NCBI GenBank assembly: GCA_029531755.1
Contig: CM055969.1
Span: 23,751,285 to 23,815,284, forward strand
DNA length: 64,000 bases
Reading direction: 5' to 3'
DNA from: Holothuria leucospilota
Lineage: Eukaryota
This document shows, one piece after another, positions 38,100-50,464 of the stretch; positions within the stretch are counted from its first letter, which is position 1, and every line of letters begins with the position of its first letter. The position numbers were made by a program, and so were the translations under genes. The notes under the pieces were generated by a model that saw nothing but the letters and a program-made list of their open reading frames with translations, ran no database searches and was not told where the DNA came from.

Positions 38100-38560
38100 A
38101 GTCAGACCCTCTGAGAATTGATAAGCTCTACAGGCTTAGGGTGACTAAAAGCCCCCTCAATAAGGCTGCCAGGGAGATCATTCCAATCCCGAATTGTGTT
38201 TGGGATAAAACTATATTTAAAGCAATTAGTCCTAGTAGAGGGGGTGGGGGGGGGTGCGGTAGTGCAAAGCATGCACGTTAAGAGTAATACGAGTAGGTTC
38301 ACAAAGCCAGACAGAGGGATATTAGCTTGACCGTGGATACCTTTGGCGAGGATTTGAAGCCTACAACGCCTATGGGGATCAGATAAAGTGCCGAGACCAA
38401 GATCTTTCAAAAGGGTAGGCTAGTCACTGAACCAACTTCACAGGAGTACTCGTTGGCAATAAACCGAACAGATCTCCTTTGTACTCCCTCTAGCCTAGTT
38501 TATACTGAAGTTACGCCTGATATGGAGCCCAAACGGAACAAGCATACTCCCCAGATTGGA
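38100..38560 (-). mobile_element. 5'-truncated CR1/L2-like non-LTR retrotransposon fragment (ORF2 C-terminus, frameshifted)
   Basis: Minus-strand frames encode LEGVQRRSVRFI, LGLGTLSDPHRRCRL and NCFKYSFIPNTIRDWNDLP. These correspond to the CR1-clade RT C-terminal motifs VQRRATR, LGLxSLExRR and FSxRVVxxWNSLP. Confidence 0.6.
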
Positions 38561-39146
38561 AAGTATGGCACTTTTCGCCGAGATCTTGGGTGTGCACAAA
38601 AAGAAATGAAGTGCACAGTGTGCAACAAGGTGTCAAATGCACACTTCAAGTGTGCACATGAAAAGTCAAGTGTGAAATAAATACTTGAGAGCAATATTAC
38701 ATGGGATCGATACTGGATCATAAGTTCCAAATATGCTTCACTTCAGGCCAGGGGTCTTGGCCAAGTGATGGCCAACACTGCATACTGTACATCATCCAAT
38801 CAAGTCATCGGCATGTCATGATCACAACTTGTGATCATCCAATAGGCTAGGCCAACTTAATATAACATATACCTACCTAGGGTTATACAAGGCAATTGCC
38901 ATCGGCTTAAAAAATCAGGTGTGCAATGTGAATTTTCAAGTGTGCAATAAAAATCTAGAAAAATATCTCGGGTGTGCAATTGCCATACTTTCCATGCTGG
39001 CATACTCCAACAAAGGCCTATGAAGCAAACCTTTATAGCCTAGGCTGCCAATTTAACTTCCTTAGAACAAAAAGAATGGTTCCTACATAACAAGCCGAGG
39101 ACCTTGTTTCCTTTATTACAAACAGACTGTATGTGATTTCCAGACT

Positions 39147-39432
39147 GGAAAGTTTGCCCTGCGCAGGGGATTTATCCCCCGCGCAAAAATATGAATTTAG
39201 AAGTTGCCAGCCACGCAATTTAACAAATGACAATTGCAACCGCGCAAACTTGTTGGCAGCAACCAAGCAAGTTGGCTGGGAAAGGCAATTTCCTGCAATA
39301 TCGGAGGTAGTTTTGGCTTAAATTTTCTTGCTATGTTCCGTGCCAACTCATGGTGGCGCTCGGCTTAGATAGTATCGGCCGCGCAATTCTCTTGGCCATT
39401 ATTAATATCCCCGTGCACCATTGCAAGCTTTC
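39147..39432. mobile_element. MITE (~285 bp) with ggaaagtttgc TIRs
   Basis: The start ggaaagtttgccctgcgcagggg pairs with the reverse complement of the end ggaaagcttgcaatggtgcacgggg. Internally similar to 35540-35610. Confidence 0.55.
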
Positions 39433-39649
39433 CAATCTGGTGTGATTTCCCCAACTGAGATTCTATTTCCCTAATTGAGATCTTTCAACGAATGAAATTA
39501 TTCATACACCCACACGAATGGAAAACATATTCATTATTTGTTTTATATAACACCCAACTTTCTAAATAGGCTAGGCCTAGGCCAGATTTTGGTCAAAATT
39601 TGATTCAAGGAGCAGATAGGGCCAGACACCATGTGTTAATTATTCTAGA

Positions 39650-40560
39650 CTAGGCCACAGGCGCCCCTTAACATTGTACAGTATACCATATACTATGTAG
39701 TATATATAGACGGAAAGGTATGTCACAAATCTCCTAGCTCGAACCACAGGCAGTTCTAGCGTTATATAGTACATACATATATATAAATAGACAAGGTAGA
39801 GCACTTCTTCCACACAAAGGCGTTCAGTAGCCAGATTTGGCCTATTTGGCTATATATGCACGAGTACATGGCCAAGTTAGTAAACAATTTGCCAGTTCGG
39901 CCAAAGCATTTGAGGATTTGGCCATATTAGTGCATTGCAGCCAAATCTGGCTACTGAACGCCTTGGTGTGGAAGAAGTGCGCTACCTTGTCTATTTATAT
40001 ATATGTATGTACTATATAACGCTAGAACTGCCTGTGGCTCGAACAAACAACTTTAAGTTTCTTTCATAATTCCTGCACTTTTCTCACCAAAATTGTCTAC
40101 ATCGAGACTGTTGGTCATAAGGTACCTGAAAGCAGTTCTTTTTCCCGAATAATTTCACGTGGCATTGTCTGAAGGATGAAATTTCGATGAAGTAACAGTT
40201 TGAGGATGGTAGCTGCTGATAGGAGAGCATTCAACACTTCCACACTATGTAATGAAATACTCCTAAAATATTCTCTAAAGTTCCCTTAACTTTCAAGATT
40301 TCTTTTAAATTTGTTAATTATGGTTTACTTTTTATTATTACAAATCTTGCAGATATCTATTAGCATGAATATGAACGATTTTTGAACAATGAATTTCATA
40401 AAATTTGAAAAGCTTTAGAAAAGTGGAAGGGCTAGCATTTCCTACAAGCATTTGTGGCAGTTGAACTGTAGCTGTTTCACAGTCTTCAGCTGCTACAAAT
40501 GCTCATATAGTACATAGTATACGGTATACTATACAATGTTAAGGGGCGCCTGTGGACTAG
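39650..40560. repeat. Foldback-type element with nested inverted repeats. Inner arms (39735-39840 and 39935-40040) are about 105 bp and perfect; outer arms are 39650-39700 and 40505-40560
   Basis: cgaaccacaggcagttctagcgttatatagtacatacatatatataaatagacaaggtagagcacttcttccacacaaaggcgttcagtagccagatttggc and its exact reverse complement, separated by about 95 bp. Confidence 0.8.
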
Positions 40561-41454
40561 GCTACCCCATGTTGGACAACACACGACCATGTGATAGCCT
40601 AGTGCCAAATGTAACCCATAGCATGTGACCACTGACCAATCCTCCAATCGGCGCCGTAGGCCTAGGCCAGAGGAATATGGTCAGTGTAAATATTTAGGCT
40701 AGGCCTAATATCAGTTCACATTCTGTACCTAGGCCTAGGTATATGTCAGTTTACTTGAATTTGTTCCTAGCGTTAGGCATTGGCTTAACTTATATGCCCA
40801 ACACTCAACAGCTAATCCTTCCTTCCTTCCATGCATACCTGCAGGCTGCACACTGACACTGGCAGACCCAATTGTTTGAAAGGGCCAAGTGCTTGATCAG
40901 TACATCGACGAAACTGAGTTCAAAAGTACTGGAGTAAAGTCTGGATAGCCTTGCTAAGTTGCTATGCAAGCTTCTTCGTTTGAGCTCGTCTTCCTTGTCC
41001 TCGCAGCTGTAACCGGCCGATGAATTGATAGTTTAAGCATAAGTACTGTACTTGTTACAAATAGCCTACAACTGTTTTAAGTCAGTTACACCACTCAGTG
41101 CAAATGTTGCAGGAGATTCCAGGATTTACACCCAGTCTCCCAGCTGGTGCCCGGACAACCAGTTTTTATACGCACAGCCGAAAGGTGCATCAGTACTTCC
41201 ACAAGTTAAACCCAATTTACAGGAAAAATTCAAACATTTCCTTTGCCTTATTACCTTGCATTTAAATTTCAAGTCCTCATATTCAACTTTTTAAGACATT
41301 TAAAAGAGCATTTCAGTACTTTTTGTCGCTAATAATTTTTGGTAAAAAACATTTCCAACCCTTTTCGATGTAAAGTATTCATCAATTTTAAGGAATTTTT
41401 TTACAAAGTGGAAGTGAAGCAATTGCAACATTGGTCGCAATAGCTGGCTTTAAT

Positions 41455-42280
41455 TAATCATTGCACTCGTCACCCCAAAGTATATTTTTGGTGTGGGTAC
41501 ATCAAAATTCTCAGGTGGTTACTGCTCTTTGACTGACATCAAAGTTTGAAAATTCAAAAGAGGCAGAGTAGCTCATATTCCACAGAATGCAGAGAGAGAG
41601 AGTGCTTGGATTACACTTTGTAGCCTTGTATGCTCACCAGGACATGGCCTGAAGGCTGAAGCAATAAAATAGGTTTGTATCTGCACAAGGAGGAGCTTTA
41701 CACAGTTATGGGAGGAGCTACAAGTTGGGAGAATTGGAACAGTCTGGGATGATGAGAATTGCCCTTCAAAGACAGTCATCACCTCAAAGTAGGCCTATAT
41801 TTTTAGTGTAGGGGTATAAAAATTCTCAGTTGGTGACTGTTCTTTGATGGATATCAAAGTTTGAAATTTTGAAAGAGTGCAGAGATGCATTCCACACAAG
41901 GCAGAGAGAGTGTTTTTATTACATTTTATAGACTAAGTTGTTTGTTCACCAGGACATGGCCTTAAGCAATAAAACAGGTTTGTTCCTGGAATTTCTATCA
42001 TCCCAGACATGCAGTTCCAGTTCTCCCAACTATGCAACTTCTAGCTCCTCCCATAACTGTATGAAGTTCTTCCTTGTGCAGGAATAAACCTGTTTTATTG
42101 CATGTCCTGGTGAGCATACAAGGCTATAAAATGTAATAAAGCACTCTCTCTGCCTTGTGTGGAATGTGAGCTACTCTGTATCTTTCAAATTTTCAAACTT
42201 TGATGTCAATCAAAGAGCAGTCTTCAACTGAGAATTTTGATACCCCCACACTAAAAATATACTTTGGGGTCATGACTGTC
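41455..42280. repeat. Foldback repeat family. One copy spans 41455-41790, and a full hairpin copy at 41790-42280 has ~230-bp inverted arms
   Basis: 41800-42000 is the reverse complement of 42040-42275, and the same sequence recurs at 48415-48725. The ORF track shows mirror-image ORFs. Confidence 0.8.
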
Positions 42281-42650
42281 TGTCTTTAAGCTAGCCATAC
42301 ACTACACGACTTAGCACACCGCAACCCAACTCGATTGTCGGGTCGCCAACAGTCGTGAGGTGTACAAGAGTTTAAGACGTGACTGCGATTGGCAGTTTTA
42401 AGCAGTGTTGTAACAAGTCAAGTCACTGACTCGAACTCGAGTCGCATATTTGACTTGACTTGACTTGACTTGGTCATCAGCCAAAATGACTTGACTCGAG
42501 TCTGGAACCCTAAATGACTTGACTTGACTCGAGCCATCACCTAAAATGACTTCACTTGACTCGGACTATTGAAGACTCGAGTCAGGGAAAGTAACTCGAG
42601 TCTCCTTCTGCGACTCGAGTCCTTTGATGCGACTCTGATGTTTGTAAACG
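42265..42650. repeat. Left arm of the large inverted repeat, containing (gacttgacttg)n and gactcgagtc subrepeats
   Basis: 42265-42400 is the reverse complement of 48290-48420. The partner arm is at 47990-48420. Confidence 0.75.
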
Positions 42651-45579
42651 TACCCAGTTTTGGACTGTGCACCTCCTTATCAACTCTGATGGGAGTGGTT
42701 TAGTCCTCACTAAAGGCATGTGTATAGCTGGTCGCCGACAGCTCCCTATATATACACGGTCCTTACAACGACCCATTGGAAATCCGGAGTCTTCGACCAG
42801 CACAGTGCTGGTCGAGATTGATTTTTTCCTTATAGCAAAGCTAAGACCTTAAGTCCTTATTTTCTGCAGTGCAGTAACTTTTCCTTTCCAACTCTGTAAC
42901 TAATATTGAAGTTGTTTTTGATCACTTTAAACCTCTGAAAAGTTCCGAAAATTTGAAATAGGCCTAAAATCATTAAAGTGGACCTAAAGTCTAGAGTTAC
43001 AAGAATATATATTTTAGAGGTTGGAAAATGAATTCCATTCATCCAACTCCCATCTTCATAGCTTATTCCGTTGCTGAGATATAAAATATTGAAATTTATT
43101 CACCTAATTTGAAAAAGTCAATTGCGCAATAATTTGTGATGCCCTTCTTGTACAACTCACATTACCCGCTTTTGTTTCCTTATGAAATTAATATGTCGGT
43201 TTATATGACCTTGAAACATTTACCGTTCCCTTGCATAGCATGTTGTATGGAGAGGGCATTAATAGCCAAGTCACCCTATAACAGTAAGAAAGTGATCCCA
43301 TTTTGGCACAAGGTGCAGTGGCTTTCGAGAAAACAAAGAAAAACAAGACCGTAATTTGAGTAGTACAAGAATGACATCACAAATTATTGTGCAATCTACC
43401 ATTTCAGATTGAGTGAATAAGCTTAAACATCTTATATCTCAGCTCAGGAATGTCCTGTGAAGATGGGAGTTGGACCATCTGGATCCATGTTTCAAGCTTT
43501 GTAACATATATTTTTGAAATTTTAGACTTTAGGTACACTTTAACTTTGTTACTTTGTAAAATTTACTGTAGGCTGTAGCGTTCGATATATTTGTTGATAT
43601 CAGAATGCCGTGTGCGTAACATTGACATCACAAAACATTTTACTACTGTAGTTTCTGTACATACTCATGACAATTGCCTCTGCAAACATTCCATACTGAC
43701 GTAAGAATGTAGCTTATTAGCATACTGATGTAAACAACGTTCCTTAGTCACACAGTAAATATTACGGCACGAAAAAGTTGCTAATTTCATTTCAAGCTTT
43801 TGGCCCTTTCAAAAAGATCTCAGTGATCAAAAACAAAACTGTAATACTCCTGTAAGAACTGGAGAAAAAAGTCATGGTAGAAAATTAACATTTTACGTCC
43901 AATATTTGCTGAGAGAAGAAAGTCAATTTCAACCATTATAAAGACGGCCGACCCCCCCCCCCCTCTCTATTTTCAGAGGTCGTTGTAATTGGGGAAAGTA
44001 GGAATTTTTTTAATGCAATAAACAATTATACTGCATTTAAAACTAAAGAAAAACAATAAGCAACAATTAAACACCTCAATATGTTTTCTTCGGCGCGCTT
44101 CACCCGTTTTAAATATTGTTTTGGGATTCCGGGTTACTTCCCGTAGAACATCTCGCTTGTCGTATTTTCGTACAAACTAATTCCATTATCATTGAAACCC
44201 TTGATTTCCCCATGGCCTTACGCAGTGGAGGGAAAGTTTCCCCTCCCCAGAAATTTTCAAAGCAAAATTTTTATCACCATCGATCTGTGTAAATTTACCG
44301 ACTTTTTGAAGATTGTTTAGATGCAAGTTGTAAGGGGCGAGAAAGTGCCATTTCCGGTACTGTAATATGAGACAGGCGCTTAGCGAAGGGGGTGCAAGAG
44401 TCCTCTCCTTGAGGGTACTTTTCTTAGCTTTTTTATTACTCATATCGCTAAAAGTCTAAAAAATGCGATTTTTCAGCGGGCTTCGCGCGCACCTCTCTTG
44501 AGTTGTAGATCTCACATTTATAAAATAATTGCTACAAAGTCCCGGCCTTCGGCGCCGCTTGGCAGTCCACAAGGGTTTGCCCCCTCCCCACACACACTTT
44601 CAGACATCAAATCCCCCGTCGTAGTGGCCATTTTTATTCGTTATTGACGGAGAGAGTTTATTTCCGAGAGTTGCACAGTGCTACTGCTAGGTCGTTGACT
44701 ACTTCGTTCGATTAAAGCAGTGGTTCCCAACCTTTTCCAGCTCATCGCCCCCTTTCACCATATAGGGGTGGGCAAACGCCCCCCCCCCCCCCTTCCATGT
44801 CCCTTCCAAGTACTACTATAAATGAAACGAAAAAAGTTGAAGCACATGTTGAAATGAAAGGTGCGAATTCATCCTTTGCAGGTGTGGGCCCAAGGGAGTA
44901 CAAACAGACAAAAGCGGTACCGAGTCTTCCTCTTGTGATGGCAAGTTGAAAACCCGCGATTAATTTAGAAAGGGTGTGAAGCCTTAATCGGAGTCAAGGG
45001 TGAAGAAACTTTTTCACTAAAAGAGAGAAAGATTTTGGGGATTCCACAGTATGAAGTGTTTCCCATGGGCAGGGAATCTAGAGGCCCTTCTTAGCTGCTC
45101 TGGGGCATTGCCCTAGTGGGGGACCAGCGGCGAAGTCCCCTGAAGTTCTGCAGTGTTCACGAAATTGTCAGCACGAGAACTATAATAAAACATTTTTAAT
45201 CACACTTTGACCATTTGCCCTTGAGTGGTAACTAATTGAAGGTTTCTTTCATTCTGCGGTTTGCTTGTCTTGTGGGTGGGAAGAAGGATGATAGTGGCTG
45301 CATGGGGCTTTGGAAGACGTATGTTACTCAAGGTGTCCTACACCGGCAATTATTACAGATCGCCCAAATTCTCACTCCAAAATATAGCATTTTAAAAGAC
45401 ATTTTAATACCCTACTTCCTTTTGCATTGCCAACGTTTTCTGTTATATTTCAATTATCTACAATTGTCGATTATGTCAGTATGTGCTTCTACGAACAGCA
45501 AGGCAAGAGTTACATTTGAGATTTAATTGGCACGACAACTTTGACCTATGGACCCCATAGCCCCCCCCCTTCACCGCCA

Positions 45580-45900
45580 CTGATAAAGGCAATGGGGTCC
45601 TCACAAAGAATATTTTTGAATTTCAACACTGTTTGATGCGATTTCCTGGCAGCTAGCAGATGAGATAATTCACAACTTTGTAGTGACCCTAAAGAATGAA
45701 TGTTAGACATACCTGACTTGTTAACTCGAGCTATTTTATTGCATACTTATCTGAAAGTTCAACTAGAGGAAAACACTTGGTATCTTCTGCAACCCCGTTT
45801 AAATTTAGTTTAGTATAATCTTATTTCTTCAAATGCTCTCACTGCCGCCCCTTGGCTCTTATCCCCCTCAGTTGCGAAATAGCCTTCAGGAGGCGATGCC
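45580..45900. repeat. ~330-bp dispersed repeat, copy 1 (copy 2 at 46905-47245)
   Basis: Shared blocks tggggtcctcacaa.gaa.atttttgaa.t.caacactgtt..atgcg.tttcctggcagct.gc.gatgagataattcac.aactttgtagtga.cc.aaagaa.gaa.gttagac.tacc.gacttg. Confidence 0.7.
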
Positions 45901-46904
45901 ACCTGATAGGAACAACTGATCTGTTAGTAAAGATACGAGTACAAAACTCATTGACACATACTTCCAGCTACTGTTTGCTAAATGAAGTTAACCTTTTACA
46001 ATCCGTTTATCAAACTTTGTAAGATTATGTCTTCATTACACATATTATATTGTGGAGAATAACAAAACGAGGGAAGTATTTACGTAGCTGGGAATCATTC
46101 ACGTAAAACAACATGAAAAAAAATCTGATGAATACTATTTCCAGAATTCGTGGTGAGGTTAGGAATGATAAAATCCCTGTCTTTCCTGCTTTACTAATGA
46201 ACGAAATAACAAAATTATTATTTCAAAACTTAATTAATAATTTTTTGCAGATTTTTAAGGGATGCGGATAATCTCTAATTACAAATTTGTTACAACCTCC
46301 AAGTTGTTTCCTGCAAGCTAATACACATGATTAATTTGACAGCTCTTGCCACAAATCCACTTTGCCTTTTGCCAGTAAGTTACATCGTGTCTTCAAGGAA
46401 AAGACAGGGAGTTTAATAGGGCAGACTTCCTCATTTCAAAGGCTAAGAAAGCAAAAGCAACATTTTAACATCTCCCCTTATTTCAATTTCTCCAACCACA
46501 AAAAGCTTTCTATTTCGGCAGGAGCAATCTCCCATGGGCTGCACTCCTTGGCTGATCGGTCACTTCAAACATATTATCTGGTCTTAGCTCTAGTACTCAG
46601 CCGAGCTATTGTTATATTACTTATGCTGCTATAGGCCGTGTGTATGAAACAATGTTATAGTCCAAACCTCAGTATCCGAGACCGAGACTATCCCTTCCGG
46701 GACCAAGACACCGCTTCATAAACCGGGAACTTTTCAACGGAAGTTCTAATCGACTGTTAATAAAATTAGTTGTATCATAGCGCTTTGTTCTGCAACACAG
46801 GCCATCCGTAAATTCAAATCTCAAAATGCTGATATTGCATGAAGTGTTGCCTTTCACAATTTTCATTGTGATATCGTTCATGACTGTGTAGTAGCGTACA
46901 CAAC

Positions 46905-47245
46905 TTCATCATGGGGTCTTCACAAGGAAAATTTTGAAATGCAACACTGTTAAATGCGGTTTCCTGGCAGCTGGCGGATGAGATAATTCACCAACTTTGT
47001 AGTGAACCAAAAGAAGGAAAGTTAGACCTACCCGACTTGATGATTCCATTTTATCTCCAATTTATTGCATACTAATTTGAAAGTTCAGTTAAAGGAAGAT
47101 ACTTGATATCATTTAAAGCCTCGATTAAATTTAGTATCTCATTTTTGCAAACGCCCCCCTGCCGCCCCCTTGTCTCTGATCGCCCCCCCCAAGTTGCAAA
47201 AATGACCCCAGGGGCGAAAACGCCCCTGTTGGGAAACACTGAATT
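46905..47245. repeat. ~330-bp dispersed repeat, copy 2. Ends gttgggaaacactg, inverted with respect to cagtggttcccaac at 44722
   Basis: Direct repeat of 45580-45900. The inverted termini 44720/47240 may define a ~2.5-kb TIR element, though confidence for that is low. Confidence 0.6.
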
Positions 47246-47379
47246 GAAGTGTATTTTACACCATGGCCTCGTCATCTGTGGATTCTAGGGCGACGACATC
47301 TAACTTTACACAACTGCCTCCAGGGCACCCTTGGGCAATGTGCACCTGTATTTGCCCAGTGCTTTTTAAGTGTTGTTGC

Positions 47380-47560
47380 CTTTGGACGTGGTGTTGCCTT
47401 CGGGCGTGGTGTCATCCTCGGGCGTGTGGTAGCCTTTGGGCGTGTGGTTGACGGGTGGGACTTTGTTTTGGGGTGGTTTGTGGTTTTTGGGCTAGGGTGT
47501 TGTTTTGGGGTTGGTTGCAGTGGCAGTTTCTTAATTTCAGTAGTAACAAAGACTCTTTTG
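47380..47560. repeat. GT-rich minisatellite (ttgccttcgggcgtggtg-like units)
   Basis: Direct repeats. The ORF track shows VAFGRGVAFGRGVILGRVVAFGRVV. Confidence 0.7.
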
Positions 47561-47989
47561 TTCCCTGTTGCATAGTGTGTATAGTTTTTTTTGGCATTGT
47601 GTTTGTGATCCGACAGGGTTTTTGTTTGGGTTTGGGGTTCTCCTTTAGTTTCTCAGTGCCTGTTTCTACGTACTTCAAAAAGCTAACTTTAAGACTTCGT
47701 CGCAAAGTGAAACTGAGATTGTGCCACGGCCAGCAGATATACATTAAACATTGTTTGCTTGAGTAGTTTTAGCATTCCGGTGTTGGGCGCAAGCTGCGTG
47801 TGGTACCGCATGTACAGCGTACTCCTGGCAAATTGCGTGTAAAGTTATGTGAAAACAATGTACCCTTAGCATACCATAGTAAAAGACTGCAGTCAGTGAC
47901 AGGTACACTTCAGAAGAGGCAGAAAGCAGAAAGGAACCAGTTGTCTCAAGGTCACACCAAATGTGATTATATAGGCCAAGTGTGACTTG

Positions 47990-48420
47990 CGTTAACTTGA
48001 AGCTAGACACATCAACTGACTCGAGTTGACTTGACCAAAATGTCTGACTTGACTTGCCTTGGCTTCTGTCATGACTTGACTTGAAAATGTGCTTGGCTTA
48101 ACTTGACTTGACTTGAGCAATGTGACGAATGACATGACTTGACTTGCGACTCGACCACCGTTGACTTGACTTGACTTGCGACTCGACCTAAGGGTGACTC
48201 GTTACAACACTGGTTTTAAGTCACGACGACTTCAGTCGGGAAGAATCAACATGTTCGTTCTTCCCGACTGAAGTCGGCGCGACTTAAAACTGGTTCTAAA
48301 ACTTCCAGTCGCAGTCATAAACTCATACACACTATACGACTGTTGGAGATCCGACGATCGAGTTGAGTTGCGGTGTGCTAAGTCGTGTAGTGTACGGCTG
48401 GCTTAAAGACAGGCAGTCAT
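47990..48420. repeat. Right arm of the large inverted repeat, a partner of 42265-42650. It carries a 64-bp palindromic insertion at about 48236-48299
   Basis: Reverse complement of the left arm. It also contains (gacttgacttg)n subrepeats. Confidence 0.75.
48236..48299. mobile_element. 64-bp palindromic micro-insertion flanked by a TTAA duplication, present in the right arm only
   Basis: The right arm reads ggttttaa[gtcacgacgacttcagtcgggaagaatcaacatgttcgttcttcccgactgaagtcggcgcgac]ttaaaactgg. The left arm at ~42395 reads continuously cagttttaagcagtgttg. Confidence 0.6.
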
Positions 48421-48725
48421 CACCCCAAAGTATATTTTTAATGTGGGGGTATCAAAATTCTTAGTTGGTGACTGCTCTTTGATTGACATCAAAATTTGAA
48501 AATTTAAAAGATGCAGAGTAGCTCACATTCCACACAAGGCAGAGAGAGTGCTATTATTACATTTTATAGCCTTGTATACTCACCAGGACATAGCCTTAAG
48601 CAATAAAACAGGTTTATTCCTGCACAAGGAGGAGCTTTATACAGTTATGGGAGGAGCTAGAAGTTGCATAGTTGGGAGAATTGGAACTGTCTGGGATGAT
48701 GAAAATTACCCTTTAAGGCATGGGG
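48415..48725. repeat. Foldback repeat family copy, the same family as 41455-42280
   Basis: catcaccccaaagtatatttttaatgtgggggtatcaaaattcttagttggtgactgctctttgattgacatcaaaatttgaaaatttaaaag..., nearly identical to 41460-41780. Confidence 0.8.
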
Positions 48726-48918
48726 TGTAAACAATGGGTTATCTAAACTTGTTTATTCTCCCTGTTCCTTTGATCCCTTGGGTGCATTTGAGCAATGAGT
48801 AAATTCTGCTATTTATTGACTAGAGACCAAAGTCAAAATGGCGGAATGTCCCATCCATGGAGGCAAAGCTAGGTTCAAACATAGAGCAGGATATAGGAAC
48901 AATATCCTGATCTATGTT

Positions 48919-49144
48919 CCTATAGAGGGAGTTCAGTCACGTGACTTTAACCAACTAGACGCAATTTTGAAGGCAAGATCGCGCGTCTTTTTGGTTTTGA
49001 CGGGCACGCGTCCATTGTGTCACAGTAGTATCTATGGTTACACCGTGCGAGTGAGCTGTAAATTTGCTTACTGCGTGTGTGTTTTGCCTTTCAGTGCGTG
49101 GGAATCCATTGCGCGTGACGTCACATGAAATCCCTCTATAGAGG
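48919..49144 (-). mobile_element. MITE family A, copy 2, in inverted orientation relative to 1612-1868
   Basis: Reverse complement of copy 1, with TIR cctatagagggagttc...gaaatccctctatagagg. It abuts a palindromic junction at 49125-49160. Confidence 0.65.
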
Positions 49145-49244
49145 CTTTTCATATGACGTCATAATACTCCCTGGCGCCATGTTGGAGTACATGTTACTTC
49201 GTAGTACACCACACTCGACGTACTTGCTCAATGAATGTGTACAA

Positions 49245-49440
49245 ACCGCGTATAGAGCTTATGCACCTACGTCACGTTTCTCTATTTTTCCATCCAGGCG
49301 TACGTTGTGCAACAATTGTTACTAAGGTGCTGTCGTGAGCGCGTATCTTTAACACACCTACTACGTATGGCAGTTCCATCCTGTAAGCCAAATTGAAACG
49401 CGCTGACGTCACGTGCATAAGCTCTATATGGCACTACGAT
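49245..49440. repeat. Inverted repeat arm (~195 bp). Its partner is at 50465-50660
   Basis: gcgtatagagcttatgcacctacgtcacgtttctctatttttccatccaggcgtacgttgtgcaacaattgttactaaggtgctgtcgtgagcgcgtatctttaacacacctactacgtatggcagttccatcc... is the reverse complement of 50465-50660. The arms flank the 49975-50445 MITE. Confidence 0.8.
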
Positions 49441-49974
49441 ATTATTGTAAAGAAGCCAGTGCTCACTGGCAGTTTAGGCATAATCCTACCGCCCTAAGTT
49501 TCTAAGGGCCAAGTTCTCAATACTATATGCTCTAAGGGCCATGTGATGGCATGATTTTGACATAAATGCATAGGTGCTAGAAAGCAGAGAAAAATCTCTC
49601 CCCCTGATTCGTTTCATTTTGCAAGTTACTTCACTTAACATGTAATGACAGTCGAGGTGTGGATAAACTGAAATAGCAAGGCTATAAAATAGGTCTGTCA
49701 TGAAGAGAGAAATTTAGGGAGTAAAGAACGAAAAAAAATCATGAATAAAAGAATATGTTCAAATATGTACAATGTTCAAATATACCGTACGAAAAGGGTG
49801 AAAATGAGAAAGGCATTACGAGCAACATAACAAGTCTAAGGCACCAAATAGATCTCCGCCATCAATAAATCTCTTAAATATTTCTTAATCTGGTAAGGTA
49901 AAGTTAGTAGGGTCTAATAGATGAAAATGAGTACACGTATTTTTAAAGATTTTCTACAGACTGATACTAGTTGA

Positions 49975-50445
49975 TAACAGGGTGGCTCCAGGATTTGCCC
50001 GAGAGTGGGCCCATTCTCCCCGACAAGGGGCCAGCAGCCCAATTAAAAGCCCCGACAAAGGCGATGAGTTGACAAAAGGATGTGGAGCACAAAATTTCGC
50101 GCGCCGAAAAATATTTGGCTGTGTGTACAAAAATTGAAAATTTGGGACTTTTCTTAAAGAAATTTTGAAAAGTGTGGATTTTATGGAAGGAAATTTGAGA
50201 AGTTTGGGGTTTTAAGGAAAATTGGAAAGTTCGGGGTCTTTACTTAAGAATATGCCCTTCCTATGAGCAAAATCAAGCAGATCGTCGGGGCGACTGAAGA
50301 TTACTGGGATCCTATTTTATCGTACGGATTAAGGCCCCCGGACAAAATTGGAAAATTTCCCCGACGGTGGACAGCCTTCTCCGACGGGGATCCCCTGCCC
50401 CCCCCCCCCCGGGCGTCACCCTTGCTTCATACTCTTGCTACCTTT
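49975..50445. mobile_element. MITE family B, copy 1 (~470 bp, TIR caggggtggcgccagg-like, with an internal poly-G/C tract)
   Basis: Shares more than 80% of its blocks with 51513-51965, for example ccaggatttgcccga, gccccgacaaagg, ttgaaaat.tggga.ttt, gcccttcctatgagcaaaatcaagc, and ccccgacgg.g with a poly-G run. Confidence 0.7.
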
Positions 50446-50464
50446 ACCTGTAATCAGCATACTT

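Noticed and set aside
47249-47766. ORFs of 103-110 aa on both strands
   Set aside because: They lie within a GT-rich minisatellite and translate to low-complexity VAFGRGV or PKQKP repeats.
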